Below, piece after piece: positions 8,372 to 17,627 of a stretch of 20,000 nt of DNA. The notes under the pieces were generated by a model, which was not told the origin of the DNA, made no database searches, and saw only the letters and a list, made by a program, of their open reading frames with translations. Both the position numbers and the translations under genes were made by a program. Origin of the DNA: Rhizaria sp. SCN 62-66. Taxonomy: Eukaryota. The stretch is from the NCBI GenBank assembly GCA_001724265.1, contig MEDY01000111.1:56071-76070 (forward strand), in the 5' to 3' direction. How positions within the stretch are numbered: position 1 is the first letter of the stretch; every line of letters begins with the position of its first letter.

Positions 8372-11300
8372 TTAGACTGTCTGCTGCTGCGCCTGCTGCT
8401 TGCGCACGCGCAGCCACTGCTGGAAGATGGGCACCGAGGACAGCACGTCAGCGGGGATGAGGAACAGCATCGTCCGCGCGGCCTTGAGCTCGGCGTGCGT
8501 CTTGAGGATCAGCGGGTGGTAGACACAGATGTATGCGACGAGGATGATGAAGCAAAAGACGCCGAAGAGGATTGACGAGGCAACGATGAAATAGTTGATC
8601 TCGTCGATCACCTGCTCGTGGTACTTGCTCACGGCCTCGGTCTGCGTCGCCTGCATCAGCCGCCAGTAGGTGTCGAAGCGCACGAAGTCGTCATACACCA
8701 GAGGCGACGCCGTCGTCGCGGTGCCGGCCTCGATCTTGTCCACGATGATCGACAGCTGCGACGTGAACTCGAGCACGGCGATGCGCAGCCCGGAGCCGAT
8801 GGCGCGGTCCTCGAAGTTCATGCAGCCCGTGCGCGAGTACACGAAGTAGTCTGTAAAGGTGAAGGGGCCGACGACGATCGTGGCGCCATACTCGTCCACG
8901 GCCGTCGCGGGCACATTGGCCTCGCCGGGGTCCGTCGACCAGACCGGCGCGCAAGCGTTGGCAAACCATAGGCTCTCGAGACCGGCGCTGATGGTGCGGC
9001 TCGAGACCATGCCGACGAGCGACGCCACGGGGGGGTTGCGCCGGCCGTCGAGCAGCGCCGTGCTCAGCGACTGCAGCTCAGACAGCAGTGCGCGCGTGCC
9101 CGCCAGCGTCGCCACGCCCGGCACGAGCACCGAGGCGTCCGTGGTCGACAGCGCGGTGACGGAGAGCAACGCGCGCGCGGTGAGCACCGACTGCTCCGAC
9201 ATGGCGGCGAGCGTGGTGGCCGAGCGGAGCAGCACCGACGACACGGGCTCGTACAGCGCAAAGTACTGAATGAACGAGAACGCGACGGCGAAGATAAACA
9301 CAAAAGATAGCTTAATGATGAGGGAATACATCGAAGCATGTGCGCCCTGCTTCGATGATGTCGCACCATCGTCGCTTGCACCGCCGCCCATCGCGGCCGC
9401 GCCAAAGGCTCCGTCGTAGGAGCTGATGGCGGTGCCGGCCTCGGACTGCGAAATCTTGGGCATGTTTTCACCTTCTTCGCGCGCGACCGTCTCGGCGTCC
9501 TTGATGGCCTCGCGGACCAGCTCCAGCTCCGACGATAGCGCCGACAGCCGCACCACGGTCTGTGCATGCAGCAGACGGATGGGCGCCATGGGGATATTGA
9601 GGAAGATGTCCATGACCTTGGCCTGCGTGGACTGAATCAGCCGCACCGACGGCCGCAGCACGAAGACGATGATGAGTACCATGAGGATGAAGGACACGAC
9701 CATGAGCCACAGTGCCCAGTTGTTGACCGCGGTCACGTTGTTGAGCACGTTGCTCGCGAGCGCGGTGCTGGACGCCACCATCTTCGTCAGCACCTCGCCC
9801 ACGCCGTTGAAGATGATGTAGAACGTGCTGGCCTGTGTGCGCGGGTCGACCATCGCGGGCGCCAGCGCCGATACCTCGGCCGCGCGCGTGGCCATGTTGA
9901 CCGAAGCCTGCGACAGCGTGCTCGTCGTCACGGCCGCGCCCATCGAGACCTGCACGGCCACCGCGGCGGACGTCATCAGCGCTTGGAAAGCGCTGCCGAA
10001 CGAAGAGACTCTGTCGGTGACGGCCGCGTGCGCGGCGGACAGGATGCGCGACAGCGAGTAGATGGACAGCTGCAGTTGTGACTGCGTGGGCGTGGCCAGC
10101 GCCTGGTACGTCGCCGGCAGCACCAGCCCGGCGCGCAGCAGGGACGCGACGTAGGCGTTATACGCGAGCCGCACGGTGGCCTCGCTGCGCAGCGTCGACG
10201 TCTCGACCAGCGCGAGGTTGGTCTTGTACGCAAGCACCTGCACCAGCACGGCGACGTACTGCGCCATCGCCATCAGCGTGAGGAAAATGATCGTACCCAC
10301 GAAGACGATCTGGAACCGGCGCGTCGCGGACTGGGTATTGCGGTTCTCGTCGTTGATCAGCAGTCGCAGCTCGGCCTCGACGTCGAACGCCGCCTTCTCG
10401 CGCAGCTTGGCGGCGCGCCCGTCGTCGGCCGTGATCTGCAGGTCGTCCGTCTTGCCGCCCGTGCGCGCATTCTGCTTGCGCAGCCGGTCCACGAGCCGCA
10501 TACGCGCTTCGAGCACGCGCTGCTTCTGTCCGCGCAGCTTCAGTTCTTGGAACGCCTTCCAGCGCTGCAGCCGGTCGTAGCGGCCCGTGGAGGACATGAG
10601 GAACTCGCCGTTGGTGTCAAACACCCACGCATCGTCGCTCGCCTCGTCGATGTCGTCGAAGTACGATGACGCGAACGTGGACCGCGAGTTGCTCGAATAC
10701 GTCGAGTTGGCGCGGCTGCCGTTACTGCCGCGGCGCCGGCTCGCGCGACTGCCCGTCCGGCCCGACCCAGAGCTCACGGTGCTACCCGTGACCGTGCGCG
10801 CGTCGGCGTCCGTGTCGTCCTCGGTCGTCCCGCCGCCGCGCAGCAGCCCCGCGACAGCGGCCCCGTCGGCGCCGCTGCCGTCGCCGCCGGCGCCCGGAGC
10901 CACGATGCCTAGCGCGTACTGGCCGGCGCGCGTGGGCGGGTTCGCGCGCACGGACGCGGCCAGCCCCGCGGCAGCAGTGGTGACGGCGGCCTTGGTCTTG
11001 CCGCGCTTGCTGTTGTTGTTGTTGGGCGTGGTAGCGCTGTCGCCGCGCTTGAGAACGCGCGGGGTGCGCACGGGCGCGTCGCCGTCGCCGTCCTCGGCCT
11101 CGCCGGGCGCGCGCGAGTGCGGCGTGCCGGCCGCGTTGGGCCCGTCCGTGTCGGGTGCCAGCAAGCGGCTCCCGGCCTTGGCCTTGGCCTTGGCGGCCAC
11201 GTCCACGCGCAGGTCAGCAGCCTTGCGGCCGCCCTTGGCGCCGGCAGTGGAGCCAGAATCGGAGGCGGTGGACGCGGAGGACGCCGAGGGCGCGATGTCG

Positions 11301-14300
11301 CGGTGCGAGAGCATGCGTACGAGCTGCACGAAGACGGTGTAGCCGCAGTTGCCGCCGTGGAAGGGCGACCCCGCCGGCGCGAGCAGCGGCAGCGGCGCCG
11401 CGTCAGCCAGCTTGTCCGCCGCGCGGCCCGCGCTGCCGTTGCCGTTGCCGCTGCCGTTGGCGCCGCCGAGCATGGAGCGGGCGGCGCGCGCCGAGTGCGT
11501 GGGCGTGGCCATCTGCGACGCGGTGGGCGTCGCGCCGGGCATTGGCGTGCTGGCGTCTAAGTAGCCGCGGCCGAACACGGCGGACCCGCCGGGGCTGAGC
11601 ACGTTGCTGCGGCTGCCATGCAGCTGCTGCTGTTGCTGCGGCTGTGCGATAGTGACGGAGCCGGGGCCGGTGGCGGCGGCAGGCTGCGCGCGCGCTGCGG
11701 AAGCGCGCTCGGAGCGGTCGAGCAGCTTCTGTAGCGAGTCGGGGTCCTGCGGAGTCACCAGCTCAGAGGGCTGCCACGCCATCGTGGTCGCCGCCCGCGC
11801 GCGCGCTGCCATCGTGGCGCCCGAGGAGCCCATGCCCGCGGCGCCCGGCGCGGTGTCGCCTGTGAGCCCCCATGTCGAGGCCAGCGCCGCGCTGGTGATG
11901 CCCGGGATCGGCAGCGGGCAGCGCGAGGTGTCGGGCGCCACCCACACGCGCAACAGCGCGGCCGCCGCGCGGTGCCGCGTCACGCGGCGCGTCGCGCGGG
12001 CCTGGGCGCGCGCGCGCGCGCGGGCCGAGGCGCCGCGGTCCACGCGCGCGCGCCGCTTGCCGCCCTTGCTGCCCTTGCCGCCCTTGCCGCCCTTGCCGCC
12101 CTTGGTGGGGCGCGGCGAGTGACGCAGAGCGCCGAACGCGCCCGGGGAGCCAGCGTTGTCGTCATCGCCGTCATCATCAGCGTCGCCGTTGTCCCCGTCG
12201 CCGTTAAGGTTGCGCTTGCTGCCCTGCTTGCCGCGGCGCGAGCGCAGAGAGTGCACCGCGTCGGCGTCGCCATCTTCGGCCTCCTCTTCGTCGGCGGACG
12301 AGTCAGGGTCAGAACCAGAGCCGCTAGAGCCAGAGCGGCTAGAGCCGGATCGGGAGTCGGAGCCGGAGTCTGAGCGCGAGTCGCTCTCACTAGAGGCGTC
12401 TGACTCGGTGTCGGAGTAGTCGTCCGAGTCCGAGCCAGAGCTGCTCTTGGTGTCGACGCCGCTGCCCGTGTCGTCCTCCAGCGAGTCCGCGCCGTCGCTC
12501 TCTCCGTCGCTGTCTCTGTCGCTGCCGCGCCTGTAGCTGCGACTGTGTCGCGCACGGTGGCGACGGTGCACCGACGCAAGCGGGACCACGACCTCGATGC
12601 CCTCGCTGCGAGCCTCGAGCCGCAGCAGGTCCTCCCAAGCGGGCAGCCAGCGCGAGATGTGCGTCCGCGCCAGCCGCGCCTGCAGCACCGCGGCGCGTTG
12701 TGCGGCGTCCACCGACGCGCTACCCGCGCTCACGGCCGCCGCGGCGCTCGCGGAGGCCGCGGCGGCGGCGGCGGCGGCGGCAGAGGTCGCGCGGCCAGCG
12801 CCAGCTCCCGCGCCGCCAGTGGCGCCATTGTGGCCCGCCGCGCCCGTGGCAGCGACGCCGGCGCCGTGTCCGTGTCCGTAATGCGGCGCCAAGTCGTAGT
12901 CGCTGGCGGCGCCGGGCGGCAGCATCGCGCGCGCGAGCGGAGGCGCAAAGATCATCAGTGCCGTGTCGGTGACGCCCGTGACCGTGCCGGTGGGCGCGAC
13001 GGTGATGTAGGCCTGCCAGCGCGCGAGCGGCAGCGGCTGGAGGCGGAGGAAGAGCGCGAGCGGCGACGACGGGTGGCGGCACGGGCGCACTGCCCACAGC
13101 GCGGGGAAGACGAGCGAGTCGGCGCGGCGGCACAGCACGAAGAGCGACGCGTTGGCCTGCAGGATGCGGTCCGCCGCCGCCGCGGAGGAGTTCGGGTAGA
13201 CGCCGGCCGCGGAGCCCGGCGGGCCGAGCGGCGCCGAGTAGTCGTAGGGCACGATCTCGCCGTGCGCGGCGGCGCGGGGCGCGCCGTTGCCGCCCTTGCC
13301 TCTGCTGCCGCCGCTGAAGCCCGCGGAGAGCATGGAGGACACGGCCAAGAGGGCGTAGCGACGGAGGAACTCGCTGTGCTCGGTCGCGAAAGGCTCCGTC
13401 AGCAGCGCCGCCGAGGGCAGCGCGAAGCGGTAGCGGCGGCGATCGAGCCCCGACACGTCTGTGTAGAGCGTGGCGAGCTGGCCGCGGTGGCGCTGCATGG
13501 CCGACACGGCCGACGCCATCTGCGCGCTGTTGTACCCGTCGCCCGTCTCGACCGCGGCCTCGTCGTCGTCGCCGTCGCCGTCGCCGCCACCGCCATCGCC
13601 GTGGTGGCCCTCCGTTGAGATGCGCTTGAAGCCCGTGGCGAGGGTAAGCCCCAGCGTCGCCAACGCGGCGTCGTCGACCTCCTCGACGCGGAACGGCCCG
13701 CTCTGCGCCTCCCCGCCCGCGCCGCCATCGTCGGCGCCACCGCCCAGACCGCCGGCGCCGCCCCCGCTCCCGCCGCGCGCGGGCGTGTCTCCGCCGCGGT
13801 CACCGCCGCGGCCGCCGCCGGCGCCGCCCTGCTTGCGCGTGAGGTTCTTGACGCCCGCGAGCGCGAGCGTGCGTGCGGCGGCCGTCTGCTGCACGGCGCC
13901 GGCGCCCGCGGTGACGGCCGAGCCGCTCGCCGTGGCCGTCGACGTCGCCAGCGCCAGCACGAAGGACCCGGCGGGCGGAATCGCGCCCTCAGCCTCGCTG
14001 CCGCCGCCGCCGCCGGGGCCCGTGCGGTGGCGGCCGCGGCGCGCGGCGGCAAAGGCGCCGTCAACGTCGCGTGCGTTGTCCTCGAGCCCGGCCCAGATGC
14101 CGTCGGCGGCGTCGCCGACCACGGCGCTGCTCGACCGCACCGCGCCTCCAGCACCTGCAGCGCGGCGGCCGGAGAGCAGCGGGTCCTCGTTGAGGCCCTC
14201 GTTGGCGTCGAGGTCGATGTTGTCTTCGAGCAGCTTGATGCCGGCGCCGTCGCCCGCGAGCAGCCCGGCGCCGTTGTCGTCCTCGTCGACGCCGCGCCGC

Positions 14301-15475
14301 AGCTGCTCGTCCACGGCCGCCGACTTGCGCAGCGTGCGGCGCAGGCGCGCGATCTTGACTGCTAGCCCCACTGCCTGCTCGGTGCGCGCCGCGATGTCGA
14401 GCGCCATGCCAGCCAGCACAGACAGCGTCGGTGCCGGCTTCTGCAGCTCGAGCCAGAAGTTGACCTGGGTCTTGGCGGCGCGCTCCTCGGTACGCACGGC
14501 CTCGGCGATGACGCGCTCGAGTGCGATCGAGGTCAGCATGTCGCGCTGCTGTTTCTGCTGCTGCGCGCTCGACGGCGACCGCCCGCCCGCCGCCGCGGCC
14601 GCCGCTGCTGCCGCAGTCGAGCTAGCGTCGGTGACCGCGCCCGCAGTGCCCGCAGTGCCCGTGGAGCCGGCGGCGCCGGGCGCGGACTTGCCGGGCAGCC
14701 CCGCGCTGGTGAGCGCAAAGAGTGCGTGCGAGCGCGCACCAGCGTGGCGCAGGTGCGTGGCGGCGTATTCCATCTCCTCCTGCACGTGGCGCACGTGCTG
14801 GCACAGGCGGAAGATGACGAACTGGACGTCGAACGACGGGTTCGTCTCCCACTCGACGGCGCGCACGAGGCGCTCCGCGGTGGTCGTGTCGCGCTTGTAG
14901 TGGAGCGCGAAGAGCGCGGCGTGCACGCGGACGGAGCCCGTCATGGGCCAGCGCTGGCACGCGTAAGCAAACCACTCCTCGACGCGCGCGTAGTAGGGTG
15001 CGTGCTCGGGCTGCAGCACGGCCAGGTCCAGCGCGTGCGGGTGCGTCGCATCGAGCGTGATGGGCTCGAGGAACAGCCGCGACTTAAGCTCGACCTCGTG
15101 CGGGTGCGTCAGCGTGTGCACTTCGCAACGCTCGAGCCGGCGGCGGCGCGTGGCTGCGGCGATGACGCCGGCCCACACGGCGACCGGGGAGAGGAGGTAG
15201 AAAACCACGGCCGTGCCCGAGTCGTGCGGCTGCGCAAAGGCGGCCGACACGAGCGCGCACACGGCGGCCCAGAGCCAGAGCGCGCCGCAGGCGCACGCCA
15301 GCTGCGCCATCGCGAAGCGGTAGTGCGGCAGGAAGCGCAGGTGCAGGAAAAAGGAAGTGAACGCAGAAAACAGCACAAGTGTGGCGGCAACGTAGCCGGG
15401 CGCAAAGGGCGGGATGACCTTGACGGCCACCGTCGCCACCAACTTGCACAGGAAGTGGTAAAACGCAGTGCGGCC
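8372..15475 (-). CDS. Exon 2 (2367 aa) of a TmcB/TmcC (tiny macrocysts)-like multi-pass membrane protein with degenerate PAS domains
   Basis: Four N-terminal TM helices with an LPHY motif, HEVELKSR, a helical TPR-like region (PSFDVQFVIF, QVNFWLEL), PAS remnants (LLTEPFATEHSEFLRRY; GTVTGVTDTALMIF), then two TM-ectodomain-TM modules ending in IFLNIP and MLFLIP. I recognise this layout as the TmcB-like family. Confidence 0.8.
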   Translation of the reverse strand, partial: GRTAFYHFLCKLVATVAVKVIPPFAPGYVAATLVLFSAFTSFFLHLRFLPHYRFAMAQLACACGALWLWAAVCALVSAAFAQPHDSGTAVVFYLLSPVAVWAGVIAAATRRRRLERCEVHTLTHPHEVELKSRLFLEPITLDATHPHALDLAVLQPEHAPYYARVEEWFAYACQRWPMTGSVRVHAALFALHYKRDTTTAERLVRAVEWETNPSFDVQFVIFRLCQHVRHVQEEMEYAATHLRHAGARSHALFALTSAGLPGKSAPGAAGSTGTAGTAGAVTDASSTAAAAAAAAAGGRSPSSAQQQKQQRDMLTSIALERVIAEAVRTEERAAKTQVNFWLELQKPAPTLSVLAGMALDIAARTEQAVGLAVKIARLRRTLRKSAAVDEQLRRGVDEDDNGAGLLAGDGAGIKLLEDNIDLDANEGLNEDPLLSGRRAAGAGGAVRSSSAVVGDAADGIWAGLEDNARDVDGAFAAARRGRHRTGPGGGGGSEAEGAIPPAGSFVLALATSTATASGSAVTAGAGAVQQTAAARTLALAGVKNLTRKQGGAGGGRGGDRGGDTPARGGSGGGAGGLGGGADDGGAGGEAQSGPFRVEEVDDAALATLGLTLATGFKRISTEGHHGDGGGGDGDGDDDEAAVETGDGYNSAQMASAVSAMQRHRGQLATLYTDVSGLDRRRYRFALPSAALLTEPFATEHSEFLRRYALLAVSSMLSAGFSGGSRGKGGNGAPRAAAHGEIVPYDYSAPLGPPGSAAGVYPNSSAAAADRILQANASLFVLCRRADSLVFPALWAVRPCRHPSSPLALFLRLQPLPLARWQAYITVAPTGTVTGVTDTALMIFAPPLARAMLPPGAASDYDLAPHYGHGHGAGVAATGAAGHNGATGGAGAGAGRATSAAAAAAAAASASAAAAVSAGSASVDAAQRAAVLQARLARTHISRWLPAWEDLLRLEARSEGIEVVVPLASVHRRHRARHSRSYRRGSDRDSDGESDGADSLEDDTGSGVDTKSSSGSDSDDYSDTESDASSESDSRSDSGSDSRSGSSRSGSSGSGSDPDSSADEEEAEDGDADAVHSLRSRRGKQGSKRNLNGDGDNGDADDDGDDDNAGSPGAFGALRHSPRPTKGGKGGKGGKGSKGGKRRARVDRGASARARARAQARATRRVTRHRAAAALLRVWVAPDTSRCPLPIPGITSAALASTWGLTGDTAPGAAGMGSSGATMAARARAATTMAWQPSELVTPQDPDSLQKLLDRSERASAARAQPAAATGPGSVTIAQPQQQQQLHGSRSNVLSPGGSAVFGRGYLDASTPMPGATPTASQMATPTHSARAARSMLGGANGSGNGNGSAGRAADKLADAAPLPLLAPAGSPFHGGNCGYTVFVQLVRMLSHRDIAPSASSASTASDSGSTAGAKGGRKAADLRVDVAAKAKAKAGSRLLAPDTDGPNAAGTPHSRAPGEAEDGDGDAPVRTPRVLKRGDSATTPNNNNSKRGKTKAAVTTAAAGLAASVRANPPTRAGQYALGIVAPGAGGDGSGADGAAVAGLLRGGGTTEDDTDADARTVTGSTVSSGSGRTGSRASRRRGSNGSRANSTYSSNSRSTFASSYFDDIDEASDDAWVFDTNGEFLMSSTGRYDRLQRWKAFQELKLRGQKQRVLEARMRLVDRLRKQNARTGGKTDDLQITADDGRAAKLREKAAFDVEAELRLLINDENRNTQSATRRFQIVFVGTIIFLTLMAMAQYVAVLVQVLAYKTNLALVETSTLRSEATVRLAYNAYVASLLRAGLVLPATYQALATPTQSQLQLSIYSLSRILSAAHAAVTDRVSSFGSAFQALMTSAAVAVQVSMGAAVTTSTLSQASVNMATRAAEVSALAPAMVDPRTQASTFYIIFNGVGEVLTKMVASSTALASNVLNNVTAVNNWALWLMVVSFILMVLIIVFVLRPSVRLIQSTQAKVMDIFLNIPMAPIRLLHAQTVVRLSALSSELELVREAIKDAETVAREEGENMPKISQSEAGTAISSYDGAFGAAAMGGGASDDGATSSKQGAHASMYSLIIKLSFVFIFAVAFSFIQYFALYEPVSSVLLRSATTLAAMSEQSVLTARALLSVTALSTTDASVLVPGVATLAGTRALLSELQSLSTALLDGRRNPPVASLVGMVSSRTISAGLESLWFANACAPVWSTDPGEANVPATAVDEYGATIVVGPFTFTDYFVYSRTGCMNFEDRAIGSGLRIAVLEFTSQLSIIVDKIEAGTATTASPLVYDDFVRFDTYWRLMQATQTEAVSKYHEQVIDEINYFIVASSILFGVFCFIILVAYICVYHPLILKTHAELKAARTMLFLIPADVLSSVPIFQQWLRVRKQQAQQQTV
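12056..12103 (-). repeat. Coding 9-bp tandem repeat (KGGKGGKGGKGSKGGK)
   Basis: Five units of CTTGC(C/T)GCC on the plus strand. Confidence 0.85.
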
Positions 15476-15629
15476 CTGCGGCATGGTTTGGAGAGAAAAC
15501 AAAGATAGAGCGAGACACAAAATAGTTCAAAATGAGATCATCATAATATAACACAAGAGTTTTAATCGAAATGTCGTCATCATTTGTCGCAAATTGGAAT
15601 TGACAAAATAGAAAGTGTGATTAACATAC
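15476..15629 (-). other. 154-nt phase-0 GT-AG spliceosomal intron of the TmcB-like gene
   Basis: Donor CAG|GTATGT at 15630/15629, AT-rich body, pyrimidine tract and CCGCAG|GGC at 15476/15475. Splicing joins both ORFs in frame as ...RYVAQAQ|GRTAF... Confidence 0.88.
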
Positions 15630-16742
15630 CTGCGCCTGCGCGACGTAGCGTCCGGCGCGCGTGAGCGGCGAGTCGTCAAAATACATCGAGGACTGCACTG
15701 CCGCGGCGGCGACGAGCACGACCGTGAGCGGGATGGACAGCCCCGTCATCACGAGCAGCTCGGACGGCGCGGGCTCGTTGAGCGCGGGCGCGGAAAAGCT
15801 CAGCGGCTGCGGCAGCACCACCGCGCGGAGCGACTGCAGCGCAGACAGCAGGGTGCCCTTAACGGTGTTGTCGGCGGCGGCGCCGCTGGTGTAGCTGATG
15901 TGGCTAGTGGCGTAGACGGACGCGGGCAGCGACGAGGTCGTGGTCAGGCGGCGCACAGTGTATGCGCCGTTCCTATTCTTCGTCTCGCTGGCGACGGAAC
16001 CGACCACGGCGGCCAGCAACGAGGCGCGCTCACTAAAACTGACGTCGCTGACAGTTGTCGTGGCAGCGGCGGCGGATAGCGTGGCGTCGGGGGAGAGTGA
16101 AGTGCCGTGTGGTGTGTAGTTGAGCGTCGCACCGGAGAAGTTCCAGCAGTACCCGGACTGCGGGCCCTGGTAGACGTACTGCGAGGGAAGCCCGACCTCG
16201 CAGAGCAGCGCCGAGAGCGCGGCAACGAGCAGCGGGATAAACATCAGGTACGCGATGAGCGTGGCGTAGCCGCGGGTGGCGAGGTAGAGCCGCGGCGCGT
16301 GGCCCGGAGTGCCCAGTGTGGTATACAGCAGGAAGCCGAGGAAAATTATTAAGACGAGCGCGACCGAGACCCAGTAGACAATCGAAGAGGAGTAAATGTG
16401 CAGCGAGAGAAACGACAACACGCCCGTGATGTCGAAAACGACTCCGCTGATCGACTTATGCCAGTGGAACACCGGCGAGAACGCGATCGACAGCAGCTGC
16501 GCGAGCTCGATGATGATGAGCGCGACCGCGGCCCAGGCCGGGATAACGACGTGGCTCGATTTGAGCTGCAGCACAAAGAACGTCGAGTAGATGCGCGCCG
16601 ACAGTCGGTCGCGCCAGTTGACCTTAGCGTCGGCGCGGGCGATGTCGAGCGCCGTGCGCTTGTCGCTGAGGAGCGCGACCTCGGCATCATCGTCGAGGTC
16701 GTAGCCGCGGCCCAGGGCAGCGGCGGCCGGGTTCAGAGACAT
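15630..16742 (-). CDS. Exon 1 (371 aa) of the TmcB-like protein; spliced product about 2738 aa
   Basis: ATG at 16742; TM helices (IIIELAQLLSIAF, YWVSVALVLIIFLGFLLY, LIAYLMFIPLLVAALSALLC, LLVMTGLSIPLTVVLV), a C...CW pair and a YFDDSP motif. Ends at a consensus donor. Confidence 0.85.
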
Positions 16743-16824
16743 CGGCGACGGCGGCGGCGGCGGCGGCGGGCTCGCGGCGGGGGGCGCGCGCGGACGGGTG
16801 GGGGAGAGCCGGGTGGCTGGGGGG
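16743..16824. repeat. (CGG)7 microsatellite and G-run cluster just upstream of the TmcB-like ATG
   Basis: CGG x7 at 16749-16769; GGG-T-GGGGG-AGAGCC-GGG-TGGCT-GGGGGG at 16796-16824. Confidence 0.7.
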
Positions 16825-17627
16825 TTGGATAGTGTTTAGATAGTGTCGTGGGCGTTACAGTCAAGTGTAAGCCAAAAGCGAGGTCGGGACGATGGCGAAG
16901 CGGCGAGCTTGAGCCGGAGGTAAAGTCTAAGAACGCACAAACGCGGGGTTCGTGTGGCTGCAAGAGCAGACCGTGCAGCAGAAGAAATGCGTGGTGGGAG
17001 AGAAAATAAAAGCAGTGAGAATGAGCGCTTAAGCGTAAACGGACAAGGAGGCGGCGGCCAAGTCGCTGCGCGGGTCTACATAAGACAGAAATCAGACTAA
17101 ACCTCGCAAAGCAGTTAATCGCGTTTTTGTTCCTGATTATAGCGATGCATATGCACAAAGAAAGCTGAAGTAGAGTGCACATAAGTCAGGCAAAGCAGCT
17201 TGAACAACCCAACACCAACGCGTGTGCTTGGCTGTTTGCAAGAGTCAGGCAAGGCCCCAAATAGGCCAAGCAGCTATACAATTAAGGATGAACACCAAAG
17301 ACATGCTAAATTACAACCTATTCGTAAATGAATATAAACAAACGTGGTTGTGAGTCACAGCACAGCACTTTGCGGCGGCGACTGGATGTGGGCTGCTTGG
17401 CTGCGGTCGGCCAGTTTATTTATCGAGCTCAGACCCTCGCTGTGGACGTCTTCAAAACTGAGTCGTATGTCAACACATGCATCGTCGTTCGTAAATATTC
17501 CTGATTGCCGCGATAGATCCTGCAACGGAAATTATGATCCATATTGAATATCTCACATATTTGCTTGTGTATCTCCACTCAGACTCTCCCTTTTCTCTAA
17601 GTCAGCAAACCCCACTCGGCCGTCAGC

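Noticed and set aside
12006-12022. Alternating CG run with Z-DNA potential
   Set aside because: Explained by Arg-Ala codon repeats in a CpG-rich genome.
8618-15554. Overlapping ORFs within the TmcB-like gene (e.g. 13470-14900 +, 12545-13618 +)
   Set aside because: Antisense or frame shadows of GC-rich low-complexity coding sequence.
15621-16742. 373-aa ORF as a standalone gene, and the first 15 aa of the 2382-aa ORF
   Set aside because: A consensus phase-0 GT-AG intron joins the two ORFs into one membrane domain; those residues are intronic.
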